Shown here in pieces: positions 6,279-15,747 of a stretch of 64,000 nt of DNA; within the stretch, counting starts at the first letter, position 1, and each line of letters opens with the position of its first letter. The notes below the pieces were generated by a model, which was not told where the DNA came from, searched no databases, and saw only the letters and a program-made list of their open reading frames with translations. Location of the stretch: the NCBI GenBank assembly GCA_965247515.1, contig OZ252029.1, positions 6,543,391 through 6,607,390 of the forward strand, read 5' to 3'. Source of the DNA: Bryobacterales bacterium (lineage in GTDB: Bacteria; Acidobacteriota; Terriglobia; Bryobacterales; UBA6623). The translations under genes and the position numbers were made by a program.

Positions 6279-8918
6279 CTAGCGTTGAATTTGCACCAGG
6301 CCCACCGCCTCGATCGTGCGCTCGCCAATGGTGAGTTTCACGGTCACCGCTCCGGTCTCGAGATCCGGGGGAAGCCGAATATTGATTTGGAGCAGCCCCA
6401 CCAACCCCGGCGTTAGCCCCACAAAAGCGATGTCGGCGGGGCGCCCATCGACCTCCACGCTGACGTCCAGGAGCGGCGAAGGGAGCGGCAACACCGATGG
6501 GGATGGGGCGCCGGTCAGGAGTGGTTGGTTCATCAGGCCCTGGCCGTTCGCGAACAAGACCACTAACTGACTCGGGCGCGCCCGGTTCGCGTTGCTGTTC
6601 ACGCTGCTGTCTTGATTCAGAACCGCTCCAAACAGCCCGGGGTCGGATTCCCTGACGGGCAGCTCAACCCGAGAGCTCACCTGACCGTCAAACTCCACCC
6701 GGATCTCGACAACCTGCGCGCCGGCGACCTCGAACGGAACTTGGCAGTTGATCTGATCGGACCTCACGAAAAACAGGGGCGCGGGGACGCCGTTGAAGAA
6801 CACCGTTACACCGGCGAACGTCGTTGGCAGCCGGCCGGTAGCGGGATCGAAACCGGGAGACACCCCGTCTCTAGGCCCGATTCTCACGCCGAAAATGGAC
6901 ACGATCTGCCCCGGAGCGACGCCGCCGCCCTCGAAGCTAGCCGCGTTGACGATGCCGCGGGAGCTAATCTGGGTTCTGGCCGCGGTGGGTTCCCACGATG
7001 CGCCGGCGTTGACGGTCTTCCAGACGCCGCCGGCGACAACCGAGGCGTAGACCACGCCCGAGCTCCGCGGGTCCGCGACCAGACGCTGAACCGTTCGCCC
7101 ATCTAGTCCGGTATTGGTCGAGTTCCAGGTGCGGCCATGGTCGTCGCTTCGCGCTACTCCAAAACTGGTCGCCGCATAGACTGCGCCGCTGCTCGGATCG
7201 ATTGCGAACGCCTGCGCGATGAAAGTATCGCTAGGAAAGCCGCCGTTGCTAATCACAACGTTTTCGCCGCGGTCTTCGGTCAGCAGAATGCCAAAGCCAG
7301 CCGAGCCGATGAAAACGCGGCGCCCATCGGTTGGATCAACCTCCAAGGCAAGAATCGCCGGCGCCGCGCCGCCCTGTTGAAAATCCTCGGCCTCGTTGTC
7401 GCTCGCCAAGAATAGCCATGAACCGAACGACTCCGCCGCAACGTAGATGTTTCTCCCATTGCTCGGATCAATCGCGATTTGGGCCACGCTCTGCCCCGCA
7501 AGTACAAATCGGTCATCCAGAAAGGCGTCGAAGCTGTCGGCCCGATCGCGCGACCGGAACAGCCCCGTGGTCAACAGGAACCGGTTGCCCGGCGTGCCGA
7601 CCCAAACCGTTCGTCCGTCGCTAGGATGCACGGCGAGCGATTGGACGCCGAATCCCACCTGGACGGCGCCCCAATTTGCGCCGCCGTCAACGCTTCTCGA
7701 TAGAGCGCCGTCATTGGGATTGGTTGGACTCGTGGACCCAACATAGAGCACCTGAGGGTTCGTCGGATCGATCTCGAGGACTCGCGGACTGGTGTGCCGA
7801 AAGCCGTTGCCGGAGTCGAACCAGGAGTCTCCGCCGTCGAGCGACTTGAACATCCTCCCCCCATCCATTCCGGCGTAGAGAGTCGTTGGCGTCTGCGGAT
7901 CGATGGCGAGGCTCAACACGTTGGCGCCGTCGAGACCGGTCGAGCTGGCGACCCAGTTCGCCCCTTGATCGGAGGTCAAGTACACTCCCGAGCCCCCCGC
8001 GCCCATCAGGACTCGGGCGGGTTCGCCGGGCAAAGCTTGGAGTGAAAAAGGAAACGCCAGAGGAAGCCCATTGGAGATCTGGGCATACGTTGCGCCGCCA
8101 TCGCGACTGATCAGCATGCCAAGGTCTTCCGAAGCCGCGTAGAGCACCATACTGTCGGTCGCGTCGAACTCGATATCGAAGTACGAAAGCGCCCCAGCGC
8201 CGGCGACCTGCTCGAACGGTTGTCCCGCGGCGAGACGACGAATCATCCCCTGGCTCGTCGTGCAGTAAACGATGTTGGAGTCGTTGGGGTCGAAGCGGAT
8301 TTTCCGAAACGCCGCCGGCCCGGCGGCCGCCGCCTGCCAGATCAAGCCGCCGTCAACGCTTTCAAAAAATGCGCCGGCGGCGGAAGCGGCGTAGACCAGA
8401 TCGGAGTTATTCGGGTCGATCGCGAGGTCAAGATAGGCGCCGGCTATCAGGCCTGTCCCGGCGCGGATCCAGCCGTCCGCTGAGTTGTCGGAGAAAAAGA
8501 CGCCATCGGCGCGAGTGCCGGCGAATAAGACGTTCGGCCGTTGAGGGTCGTTGGCGACCGAGAGCACCTGCAGGTCGCCGATGCCGTCGCTGGTGAGCTC
8601 CCAGACGCCGCCGTCACGCGATCGGAAAACTCCGCCGCCGTCGAGCGCCGCGAAAAGCTGGGCCGGGCTGCCGCTCAGCGCCACGACGGGGAGTCTCGGC
8701 AGGCCGTCGCGCATCGCGGCCCAGGTGTCGCCTGAATCGTCGCTGCGAAACACGCCGGCGCTGGTCGCGGCGTAAACCAATCCAGGCTGGGCGTCGACTG
8801 CTAGGAAGTCGCTGACGGTCGCGCCAGGGGGGCCGGCCTGTCCGAATACGCTCGCGGCGGCCAAGAAAACAGCAAACCAAACAGTGAGCAACTTCGTTAG
8901 TACCTGTGGAGAGGGCAT
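6279..8918 (-). CDS. Large secreted BNR/sortilin-like beta-propeller repeat protein with a Solibacter-type C-terminal domain (TIGR03437-like)
   Basis: Many S-x-D-x-G-x-T-W type repeats (SDDSGDTWAAM, SRDGGATYAQI, SLDGGDSWFDS, SVDGGANWGAV, SDDHGRTWNST). C-terminus IVNAASFEGGGVAPGQIVSIFG...APLFFVRSDQINCQVPFEV...PGLVGLLQINIRLP. Start set at ATG 8918 (MPSPQVLTKLLTVWFAVFLAAASVFGQ). Confidence 0.8.
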   Translation of the reverse strand: MPSPQVLTKLLTVWFAVFLAAASVFGQAGPPGATVSDFLAVDAQPGLVYAATSAGVFRSDDSGDTWAAMRDGLPRLPVVALSGSPAQLFAALDGGGVFRSRDGGVWELTSDGIGDLQVLSVANDPQRPNVLFAGTRADGVFFSDNSADGWIRAGTGLIAGAYLDLAIDPNNSDLVYAASAAGAFFESVDGGLIWQAAAAGPAAFRKIRFDPNDSNIVYCTTSQGMIRRLAAGQPFEQVAGAGALSYFDIEFDATDSMVLYAASEDLGMLISRDGGATYAQISNGLPLAFPFSLQALPGEPARVLMGAGGSGVYLTSDQGANWVASSTGLDGANVLSLAIDPQTPTTLYAGMDGGRMFKSLDGGDSWFDSGNGFRHTSPRVLEIDPTNPQVLYVGSTSPTNPNDGALSRSVDGGANWGAVQVGFGVQSLAVHPSDGRTVWVGTPGNRFLLTTGLFRSRDRADSFDAFLDDRFVLAGQSVAQIAIDPSNGRNIYVAAESFGSWLFLASDNEAEDFQQGGAAPAILALEVDPTDGRRVFIGSAGFGILLTEDRGENVVISNGGFPSDTFIAQAFAIDPSSGAVYAATSFGVARSDDHGRTWNSTNTGLDGRTVQRLVADPRSSGVVYASVVAGGVWKTVNAGASWEPTAARTQISSRGIVNAASFEGGGVAPGQIVSIFGVRIGPRDGVSPGFDPATGRLPTTFAGVTVFFNGVPAPLFFVRSDQINCQVPFEVAGAQVVEIRVEFDGQVSSRVELPVRESDPGLFGAVLNQDSSVNSNANRARPSQLVVLFANGQGLMNQPLLTGAPSPSVLPLPSPLLDVSVEVDGRPADIAFVGLTPGLVGLLQINIRLPPDLETGAVTVKLTIGERTIEAVGLVQIQR

Positions 8919-9164
8919 TCTGACTGATTTACACCATGCGGTGGCCGAAAAGCACCGAGCTGGTTTAAAGCGACACATTCCAGCTAGACGTGGGAATCGC
9001 CGCAAAGGATGCACATTGGGAAAAACTTACACAGTCGGCGGCAGCCAGCGCGCCGGCTACGAAAAATTTACCTGGATAACCGTTTGACGGCGTTCGACGA
9101 AGGTAGAGGTACAGGCAAAGGGGAGTTTGGCGCAAGACGTGCAAACAGGACGGCCACGGACAAC

Positions 9165-9371
9165 ATGAAAATTCTTGGCATATCGAATCACGGCCTCACG
9201 GTGATCGCCCTTCTGATCGCGGTGCTGTGGAGTGTGATCTTTGTAGAGCGCTCGCTTACGCGGCGGGCGCAGAGCGATTATGATGAGCTGCGCCGGTCTT
9301 GGGGATATACGCCGGTTGAGAATGTTCCGTCGCCCGTGGCGCGGATCCCTGAAAGCCTTCGCGTGGGGTAG
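9165..9371 (+). CDS. Small single-pass membrane protein, hypothetical
   Basis: MKILGISNHGLTVIALLIAVLWSVIFV... contains one hydrophobic helix. No recognisable family. Confidence 0.4.
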   Translation: MKILGISNHGLTVIALLIAVLWSVIFVERSLTRRAQSDYDELRRSWGYTPVENVPSPVARIPESLRVG

Positions 9372-9431
9372 GCGGCCCCGGCGTTTGTTCCTATGTTCAC
9401 ACTGCAGCGAAATACAGCGGTTGGGTTGCGG

Positions 9432-9710
9432 CTAGGACGACGGCGCCACGTAATCGGGCGGCGGGGTCGACCCGCCGTCGCCGAAGAAATAGGCTTCCAT
9501 CTGCGACAGGATCATCTCCTGCGATTCCAACGTCGCGGGATTCAGCCGGAACTCATTGATAATCATCTTGAGGTGCTCGGCCCAGCCTGCCCAGGCTTCC
9601 TTTGAAACGTTGTCGTAGATGCGCTGCCCAAGCGGGTGATCGAACGGGGTCTCATCGAGTCCGGGGAGCTCCTTGTTGAGCTTGACGCATTTCACCAATC
9701 GTTCTGCCAT
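9432..9710 (-). CDS. yggX: Fe(2+)-trafficking / oxidative-damage protection protein YggX
   Basis: VKCVKLNKELPGLDETPFDHPLGQRIYDNVSKEAWAGWAEHLKMIINEFRLNP matches the YggX pattern (...G.RIY..ISKEAW..W...QTMLINE..LN). Confidence 0.85.
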   Translation of the reverse strand: MAERLVKCVKLNKELPGLDETPFDHPLGQRIYDNVSKEAWAGWAEHLKMIINEFRLNPATLESQEMILSQMEAYFFGDGGSTPPPDYVAPSS

Positions 9711-9716
9711 GGCTAC

Positions 9717-11069
9717 CTATTCTACGTGGTCGGGCGAGTCGAGCGACTTGAGCCAAGACGGCGTTTCATCGAGCGCCCGAGCCTCGAAAAGGCGAGCGAT
9801 GTATTCCTGCTTGCGTTCGGGCGCGTAGTACTCCCACACAATCTCTCCATCGGGCGTTACTTCGAAGGCTCGACCGTTGTCGGTCTCGGTGATCAGCGTA
9901 TTTTGGTTCGGCAAGCGTTGGGCCATGCCGCAGCAAAGGGTCAGCATGTCGCCTTCGGGGTCGTCGTACTGCCAAACGACGTCCATATTCCTAGGGTCGA
10001 ATTCGATCACCCTGGACTGCATCGGCTTTCCGGGTTCGGGATAGCCGAAGTTGTCGAATAGCAGGATCGTCCCCGTCGGAAGCAGAACGGGGTCGTGTTG
10101 GAGCGAGAACATTCCCGAGGCGCCCCACTCGACCCGGCCCTCGTCGACGTTTAGAGAGGCGATCATGCTGATCTTTCGCATCGAGATCAGCACGTTTCCC
10201 GCCTTAAAGCCGGGAATGTCCGCGGCATGCGCGCCGTCGAGTAGTTGCAGAGAGTTGGTGTGGAGCACGTCCATCAACGGGTCGTCGGGTTTCAAGCTCT
10301 CGCGGGCCTGCCTGAGGACCGGAGCGAACGAGGACCGGCGAAGCGCTTCGAGAATCGAAACCCGTCTCAATTCGGCGCCCGAGCGGTCGAGCTCGACGAT
10401 GTAGTCGTTCGCCACTTCTCTTGAAGGATCAAACCAGTCGAGAACCTCCCGCTCCCTTGCAAGGCCATAGAAGGTTCCCCTGCCTGTCTCGATGATGGCG
10501 TGGTGAGCCTTCATACCGTTTGTTGCCACGACGTTTGAGTGGATGTCGAGCCAAACCAGCCCATGGTTTTCGTAGAGGGCGAGCAGTCCGCCGTCGGGCC
10601 GCAAGAGGACCGCCCTCCACGATTGGGCGCCAAACTCATCGGACTCGTCGGCCCGATCGGGAAAGGCGCTTCGAAACTCACGGCTCCAGCGATGCAGGAC
10701 GTCGCCTGCGGGGGAGATCAGCTGCGCCTCCGCGCGGTGGCCGAGCGTCAGGAGTCTGGGCTTGTCGTAGGCGGCTTCCGCTTTGTAGACGGTGACTCCG
10801 GAGAATTGCGAGGGGTTGACGGCCCCTAAATAGCTCAGTCCTTCAAGTTGGCTGAGATCTTGGCTAGCCGCGGCGTCGGGGGCTCGGCGCTCCGCGAAAT
10901 GGCGGTACTCCAATGGGATGCCGGCCCGAGTCCATGGATCCCAGAAGCGTATTTTGAGCGCCTTAAAAGTAGCGTGGGGCGGCAGTTTGTAGTAGTACGC
11001 CGCTTCGCCCCAAATCAATCCCACGCTGAGGCAAACAAAGCCCAACAGGATCGAGCGTTGATTCAGCAT
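9717..11069 (-). CDS. Arylsulfotransferase (ASST)-like beta-propeller protein
   Basis: N-terminal membrane anchor. DVLHTNSLQLL...NVLISMRKISMIASLNVDEGRVEWGAS and NTLITETDNGRAFEVTPDGEIVWEY resemble the Arylsulfotran_2 family. The call is from memory of the family pattern only. Confidence 0.5.
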   Translation of the reverse strand: MLNQRSILLGFVCLSVGLIWGEAAYYYKLPPHATFKALKIRFWDPWTRAGIPLEYRHFAERRAPDAAASQDLSQLEGLSYLGAVNPSQFSGVTVYKAEAAYDKPRLLTLGHRAEAQLISPAGDVLHRWSREFRSAFPDRADESDEFGAQSWRAVLLRPDGGLLALYENHGLVWLDIHSNVVATNGMKAHHAIIETGRGTFYGLAREREVLDWFDPSREVANDYIVELDRSGAELRRVSILEALRRSSFAPVLRQARESLKPDDPLMDVLHTNSLQLLDGAHAADIPGFKAGNVLISMRKISMIASLNVDEGRVEWGASGMFSLQHDPVLLPTGTILLFDNFGYPEPGKPMQSRVIEFDPRNMDVVWQYDDPEGDMLTLCCGMAQRLPNQNTLITETDNGRAFEVTPDGEIVWEYYAPERKQEYIARLFEARALDETPSWLKSLDSPDHVE

Positions 11070-11126
11070 TCCACCCGCGGGCCTGGGGACACAATATCAC
11101 GGTACGATACAATCGACTCGGACGTT

Positions 11127-13919
11127 ATGCGCTTGATCCCACTCGCCTTACTCGCCGTTGTCGCGGCGGCCCAAACGCCCGTCACGGATGATTCCGTGCA
11201 GTCGTACCGCATCCGGTTCGGTCTCACCGACACCGCGGAGAAGCGCTGGGACGGCACGGTCACCGTCTCGGGCGGGGAGCTACTGCAGGTGCGAGACATG
11301 CACCCGCGGCCTGAGAACGAGATTCGCGGCCCGAATTCCTGGCGGATGTCGACTCTTCCCGGCGTCAACTACGTCCGCAGGCCATGGGAGCCGCTGGTTA
11401 GCGACAGCCGGCTGGAGTATCTCTGGTCGCCCGGGGTGATCGTCGATGTCAAGGCCTCATCGGGGACCCGCGTCAACGTTCGCACCGAGCAGGGACGATT
11501 CGCATTTAACGTGCGCGAAGTCCCGCTTTCGAAACAGAAGGCGTTTCTTAACGGTGCTGTGGTCGTCGACCGCGTCGCCGGCGTCGAGAACCTAGGCGAC
11601 TCCGAGCATGAGGACGATTACGTCTCGATGTTGAGCGGCGAGGATGGCGAAGTCTGGGTCTGCTGGGTCGCCTACAAGGACGACGCCAACGAGGTGTTTG
11701 TACGGCGCTTTGATGGGACGAGTTGGGGCGCGGTGCAAACCGTCACCGAAAAGCCTGGTGACGTCTTTCTGGCGAAAATGGGTCGTGACGCGCATCGCCG
11801 GCCCTGGGTCGTTTGGTCGAACCAAGTCGGCGGCAACTTCGACCTCTACGGCCGGCGGCTGGACGGGTCGCGCTGGGGCGAAGTCGTGCGGCTGACCGAC
11901 TCGCCGCAGCCGGATATTTTCCACAACCTAGCGACCGACTCCGAGGGACGGCTGTGGCTCACTTGGCAGGGCTTTCGCGATGGTCAGGCCGATATCTTCG
12001 CTCGACTCTACGACGGCGCGGAATGGGGTCCCGAGCAAAAGGTCTCGACGTCGTCGAAGAACGACTGGGAGCCCGTGTTGGCGGCTGATTCGAGCGGCGA
12101 TCTGACGATCGCGTGGGACACCTACGACAAGGGCGACTACGACGTCGTCATGCGGCGTTTCGACGGGGAATCTTGGGGTGAGCAGATCCCGGTCGCGGAT
12201 TCGAAGCTGTATGAGGCTCACGTCTCGCTGGTCTACGACAAGCAAGACCGGCTTTGGGCCGCCTACAACGAAAGCGGCCTGAATTGGGGCAAAGATACCG
12301 GCTACGTACTCAGCGTGGAGGGGACGCGGCTGTACGAGGACCGGCTGATCCGGGTCGCGGTCTGGGACGGCTCTTCGTGGAAACAGCCCGCTTCGGATAT
12401 CAATTCGGCGCTCCCTCAAGATATCGAGCCGCGCTACGACGACTTTCCGCAGCTAGCGCTCGATGGCGACGACCGCGTCTGGGTCTTCGGCCGGCAGCGC
12501 CTGCAACGCCGCCGCGACACTCCGTCCGAGACCCCCTTGCATCGGGCCTGCTGGGAGATCTGGGGCTCCACGCTTGATGGTTCGAATTGGATTGAACCGG
12601 TCTACGTCCCGCGCAGTCAAAGCCGCCAAGACGTCCGCTGGGGCCTGGCTTCTGATGGAAAGGGCAACCTCTTCGCCGCCTGGCAGATGGACAACCGCGA
12701 CTACTCGGAGTTCCTCTACCAGCATGCGGATGTCTATGCGTCCAAGCTCCCGAATCTCGAGCGGACGACGGCCGCGCCGAAGCTGGCCCCGCGTCCGAAG
12801 CTGGAGCTTACCTTCCACGACATGGCGCCGACCGAGACAGAGGACCTAGAGCGCATTCGCAACTACGAAATCAGCTCAGGCGGCAAGACCTACAAGATCT
12901 ACCGCGGCGACACCCACCGCCACAGCGAGATTTCGATGGACGGCAACAACGACGGATCGACTTTCCAGACCTACCGCTACGCGATCGACGCCGCCAAGCT
13001 CGACTACCTGCTCACGAGCGAGCACAACAGCTCGGCCGGCCCCGACCAACCCTACATCAACTGGATGCTGCAGCAATACGTCGACGTCTTCTCGATCGCC
13101 GGCGAGTTCCAGCCTTTCTACGGCTATGAGCGCTCGATCTCCTATCCGGACGGTCACCGCAACATCCTGTTCGCCGAACGTGGCAATCCGGCGCTCGAGA
13201 TCTTGCCGGAAGAGCGCAACCACACCAAGGGGGCCGCGCGGCTCTACGCTTACCTGAAAGAGCGAGACGGCATCGCTATCTCTCACACCTCAGCCACGGG
13301 TATGGGCACCGACTGGCGCGACAACGACCCCGAGGTCGAGCCGTTGGTCGAGATCTTCCAGGGTGACCGTGTCTCAGCCGAATATGAGGGGGCGCACTGG
13401 GCCGCGAACAAGGAGAATCCTGCGTCAGGCCCTGGTGGTTTCCGTCCCGCCGGCTATGTATGGAATGCCTGGGCCAAGGGCTACAAGCTTGGCATCCAGG
13501 CGGCCTCGGACCATCTTTCGACGCACATGTCCTATGCCTGTACGATCGCGGAAGACTTCACTCGCGAATCGATGCTCGACGCGATGAAGAAGCGCCACAG
13601 CTACGGGGCGACCGACAACATCATTCTCGACTATCGCTTGGTGACGGGCGATGGCAAGGAATACCTGCAAGGCGAGGAGGTCACCGTCAACGGCGACTTC
13701 AAACTGTCGGTGAAGGTGATCGGCACGGCGTCGATTCGTCAGATCGACGTGATGAAGAACCAGGAGTTTGTATTCAACCGGCAGAACCAGCCGCGGGAGA
13801 CCAGCTTTACCTATGTCGACGAAGACAAAGCCGCCGGGGAAGACTACTACTACGTTCGTGTGATCCAGAACGACGACAATATTGCCTGGTCGTCGCCTAT
13901 TTGGGTGACGCGGAGGTAG
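11127..13919 (+). CDS. Secreted protein: N-terminal propeller-like W-rich repeats plus a C-terminal PHP/CehA-like metallo-phosphoesterase-type domain
   Basis: Start set at ATG 11127 (MRLIPLALLAVVAAAQ); the longer ORF overlaps the neighbouring gene. About 50-aa blades repeat (FVRRFDGTSWG..., YGRRLDGSRWG..., ARLYDGAEWG..., MRRFDGESWG...). YRGDTHRHSEISMDG and the C-terminus YYYVRVIQNDDNIAWSSPIWV are typical of PHP/DUF3604-like proteins. Confidence 0.6.
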   Translation: MRLIPLALLAVVAAAQTPVTDDSVQSYRIRFGLTDTAEKRWDGTVTVSGGELLQVRDMHPRPENEIRGPNSWRMSTLPGVNYVRRPWEPLVSDSRLEYLWSPGVIVDVKASSGTRVNVRTEQGRFAFNVREVPLSKQKAFLNGAVVVDRVAGVENLGDSEHEDDYVSMLSGEDGEVWVCWVAYKDDANEVFVRRFDGTSWGAVQTVTEKPGDVFLAKMGRDAHRRPWVVWSNQVGGNFDLYGRRLDGSRWGEVVRLTDSPQPDIFHNLATDSEGRLWLTWQGFRDGQADIFARLYDGAEWGPEQKVSTSSKNDWEPVLAADSSGDLTIAWDTYDKGDYDVVMRRFDGESWGEQIPVADSKLYEAHVSLVYDKQDRLWAAYNESGLNWGKDTGYVLSVEGTRLYEDRLIRVAVWDGSSWKQPASDINSALPQDIEPRYDDFPQLALDGDDRVWVFGRQRLQRRRDTPSETPLHRACWEIWGSTLDGSNWIEPVYVPRSQSRQDVRWGLASDGKGNLFAAWQMDNRDYSEFLYQHADVYASKLPNLERTTAAPKLAPRPKLELTFHDMAPTETEDLERIRNYEISSGGKTYKIYRGDTHRHSEISMDGNNDGSTFQTYRYAIDAAKLDYLLTSEHNSSAGPDQPYINWMLQQYVDVFSIAGEFQPFYGYERSISYPDGHRNILFAERGNPALEILPEERNHTKGAARLYAYLKERDGIAISHTSATGMGTDWRDNDPEVEPLVEIFQGDRVSAEYEGAHWAANKENPASGPGGFRPAGYVWNAWAKGYKLGIQAASDHLSTHMSYACTIAEDFTRESMLDAMKKRHSYGATDNIILDYRLVTGDGKEYLQGEEVTVNGDFKLSVKVIGTASIRQIDVMKNQEFVFNRQNQPRETSFTYVDEDKAAGEDYYYVRVIQNDDNIAWSSPIWVTRR

Positions 13920-13920
13920 G

Positions 13921-13938
13921 GGCGTAGCGTGCTACGCC
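13921..13938. terminator. GC hairpin GGCGTAGC-GT-GCTACGCC between convergent genes
   Basis: Perfect 8-bp arms starting 2 nt after the stop at 13919 and 24 nt from the lysA stop. There is no T-tract, so terminator function is only inferred. Confidence 0.4.
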
Positions 13939-13961
13939 CGCGAGACCCTGCCCTGGCCGGC

Positions 13962-15206
13962 CTAGACTTCTCGCTCTCCCCGAACCAAGTCTTCGTACGA
14001 TTCCCGCCGTCGAATCTCGGTCCACTCGTTGCCCTGCACCAGGATTTCGGCGGGCCGGCGCCGGGCGTTGTAGTTTGACGCCAGCACGAACCCGTACGCC
14101 CCCGCCGTGGCGACCGCCAACAGATCACCCGGTTCGGCGGCCGGCATCACGCGGTCTTGCGCCAGAAAGTCGCCTGACTCGCAAACCGGTCCGACGACAT
14201 CGGCGACGATCTCCGGACGGCTCCGCTCGACGACGTGGTAGACCTCGTGATCGGCTTGGTAGAGCGCGGGTCGGATGAGGTCGGTCATCGCGGCGTCGAC
14301 GATGACGAAGGACTTCTGGTCGTCTTGCTTGATGTAGAGCGTCTCGGTCAGCAAGACTCCGGCGCGGGCGACGATCGAGCGGCCCGGCTCGAGCATCACC
14401 AGCAGATCGCGGCCTTTCAAGGCGTTGGTGAGGAGCCGTCCGTAGTCGGCAATCGACGGGGGCTTCCTGGAGTCGTCGTACGGAACCCCGAGTCCTCCGC
14501 CGAGATCGACCGAAGTGATACTGCCATCCAATCGATCGATCAGCGCGAGCACCTTGTCGAGAGCGCCGCCGAACGCCTCGATGTCGAAGATTTGCGAGCC
14601 AATATGGCAGTCCACGCCAACGAGTTGAAGCGGCGCGAACTCGTCGGCGCGGCGGTAGAGGTCTTCAGCCTCGTCCATCGGGATGCCGAATTTGTGCGCC
14701 TTCAGGCCTGTGGCGATGTAGGGGTGGGTGTCGGCGTCGATGTCGGGGTTCACGCGCAGCGCGACCTTCGGACTCAAGCCGGCGTCTATGGCCGCTTGGC
14801 GTAGCGCTTCGAGCTCGCCCGCCGATTCGCAGTTGAAGGATCCGATGCCCGACTTGAGCGCATAGTCCATCTCGGCGCGCGTCTTGCCGACGCCCGAGAA
14901 GACGACTTTGGCCGGGTCTCCGCCGGCTCGCAGGACCCGGTAGAGCTCGCCGCCGGAGACGATGTCGAAGCCGGCGCCTTCTTTCGCCAGCAGCGCGAGA
15001 ATGCCGAGCGAGCCGTTGGCCTTGACGGAGTAGGCGACTTCGGCGTGGAGCTCGGATAACGCGGACCGGTAAGCCCGGTAGTTCTCGACGATGGCTGAGC
15101 CGGAGTAGACGTAGGTTGGGGTTCCGACCTCTTGGGCGATTTGTTCGAGGGAGACGCCTTCGCAGAGCAGGCAGCCTTGGGAGCGGTTGAATCCTTGCAA
15201 CGGCAC
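13962..15206 (-). CDS. lysA: Diaminopimelate decarboxylase
   Basis: GTPTYVYSGSAIVENYRAY...YSVKANGSLGIL...GGGLGVPY...CESGD...GAYGFVLASNYN are PLP-decarboxylase fold III / LysA motifs. Start set at GTG 15206 (VPLQGFNRSQ...), because the upstream ORF extension reads through a REP hairpin and a transposase remnant. Confidence 0.9.
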   Translation of the reverse strand: MPLQGFNRSQGCLLCEGVSLEQIAQEVGTPTYVYSGSAIVENYRAYRSALSELHAEVAYSVKANGSLGILALLAKEGAGFDIVSGGELYRVLRAGGDPAKVVFSGVGKTRAEMDYALKSGIGSFNCESAGELEALRQAAIDAGLSPKVALRVNPDIDADTHPYIATGLKAHKFGIPMDEAEDLYRRADEFAPLQLVGVDCHIGSQIFDIEAFGGALDKVLALIDRLDGSITSVDLGGGLGVPYDDSRKPPSIADYGRLLTNALKGRDLLVMLEPGRSIVARAGVLLTETLYIKQDDQKSFVIVDAAMTDLIRPALYQADHEVYHVVERSRPEIVADVVGPVCESGDFLAQDRVMPAAEPGDLLAVATAGAYGFVLASNYNARRRPAEILVQGNEWTEIRRRESYEDLVRGEREV

Positions 15207-15244
15207 GAGATTCAACCTTAGCGAATTCGAAAACCGGGGCGGGC

Positions 15245-15335
15245 CCGGAGCCGCGCGCGTAAGCAAGCGGTTGCTTGAAGTTGCTGACCGGGCCGCTTGT
15301 TCTAGCAACCGCTCCCTTAACGGTCGCGGCTCCGG
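15245..15335. repeat. REP family C hairpin (CCGGAGCCGCG[CGCG/ACCG]T.AG...GCGGTTGC arms)
   Basis: Left arm 15245-15274 is CCGGAGCCGCGCGCGTAAGCAAGCGGTTGC. Right arm 15305-15335 is GCAACCGCTCCCTTAACGGTCGCGGCTCCGG. The arms are imperfectly complementary. Confidence 0.8.
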
Positions 15336-15642
15336 CCAGACCGCCATGGGCTGGCCCTGTCCCTCGAGCACATATCGAATTGCGTGCAAGACTGGTTCGC
15401 GGCCGTTGATCCGTCTAGTGCTACCGATATTTGCAAACGTCGATGATTGCGCGGAGGACGATCGCGCGGCAGGTCGCGTTTAGGCTGTAGGGCCGTTCTT
15501 TCATCAGCCTGTGCGCGGTTTCATAGCGGGGTTCATCCTCTGGCGGCAGCCATGATCCGGGTAGGTTGTGAAGGCGATCGATTGACCCGCGCTCTTCGCC
15601 GTGAAAGTTGCTTGTCGACGAGCGCCGGGCACGAGCGTTTCT
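15336..15642 (-). pseudogene. Internally deleted remnant of a RAYT-like (IS200/Y1-type, REP-associated) transposase
   Basis: N-terminal piece ...ERPYSLNATCRAIVLRAIIDVCKYR* stops exactly where this family normally continues RGW.LLA.HVR.NHVH.VV (the HUH motif). A different frame about 30 nt downstream reads ...VLHAIRYVLEGQGQPMAVW, which resembles the family C-terminus. REP hairpins flank it on both sides. The family consensus is recalled from memory, not searched. Confidence 0.4.
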
Positions 15643-15730
15643 CGGAGCCGCGCGCGTCAGCAAGCGGTTGCCAGAGTAAGCGACTCAGCTGTGAACTCCA
15701 GCAACCGCTTGCTCACGCGCGCGGCTCCGG
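15643..15730. repeat. REP family C hairpin, near-perfect
   Basis: CGGAGCCGCGCGCGTCAGCAAGCGGTTGC ... GCAACCGCTTGCTCACGCGCGCGGCTCCG: 29-bp arms with one mismatch and a 30-nt loop. Confidence 0.85.
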
Positions 15731-15747
15731 GTCATACAATACGCTAG

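Noticed and set aside
10848-11126. N-terminal 93 codons of the 1023-aa ORF
   Set aside because: This part overlaps the start of the oppositely oriented ASST-like gene. A good signal peptide begins at ATG 11127.
13962-15389. 475-aa version of LysA
   Set aside because: The first 61 codons translate a transposase remnant and a REP hairpin (…LLTRAAPGPPRF…). LysA homology begins at about the GTG at 15206, giving a normal ~415-aa protein.
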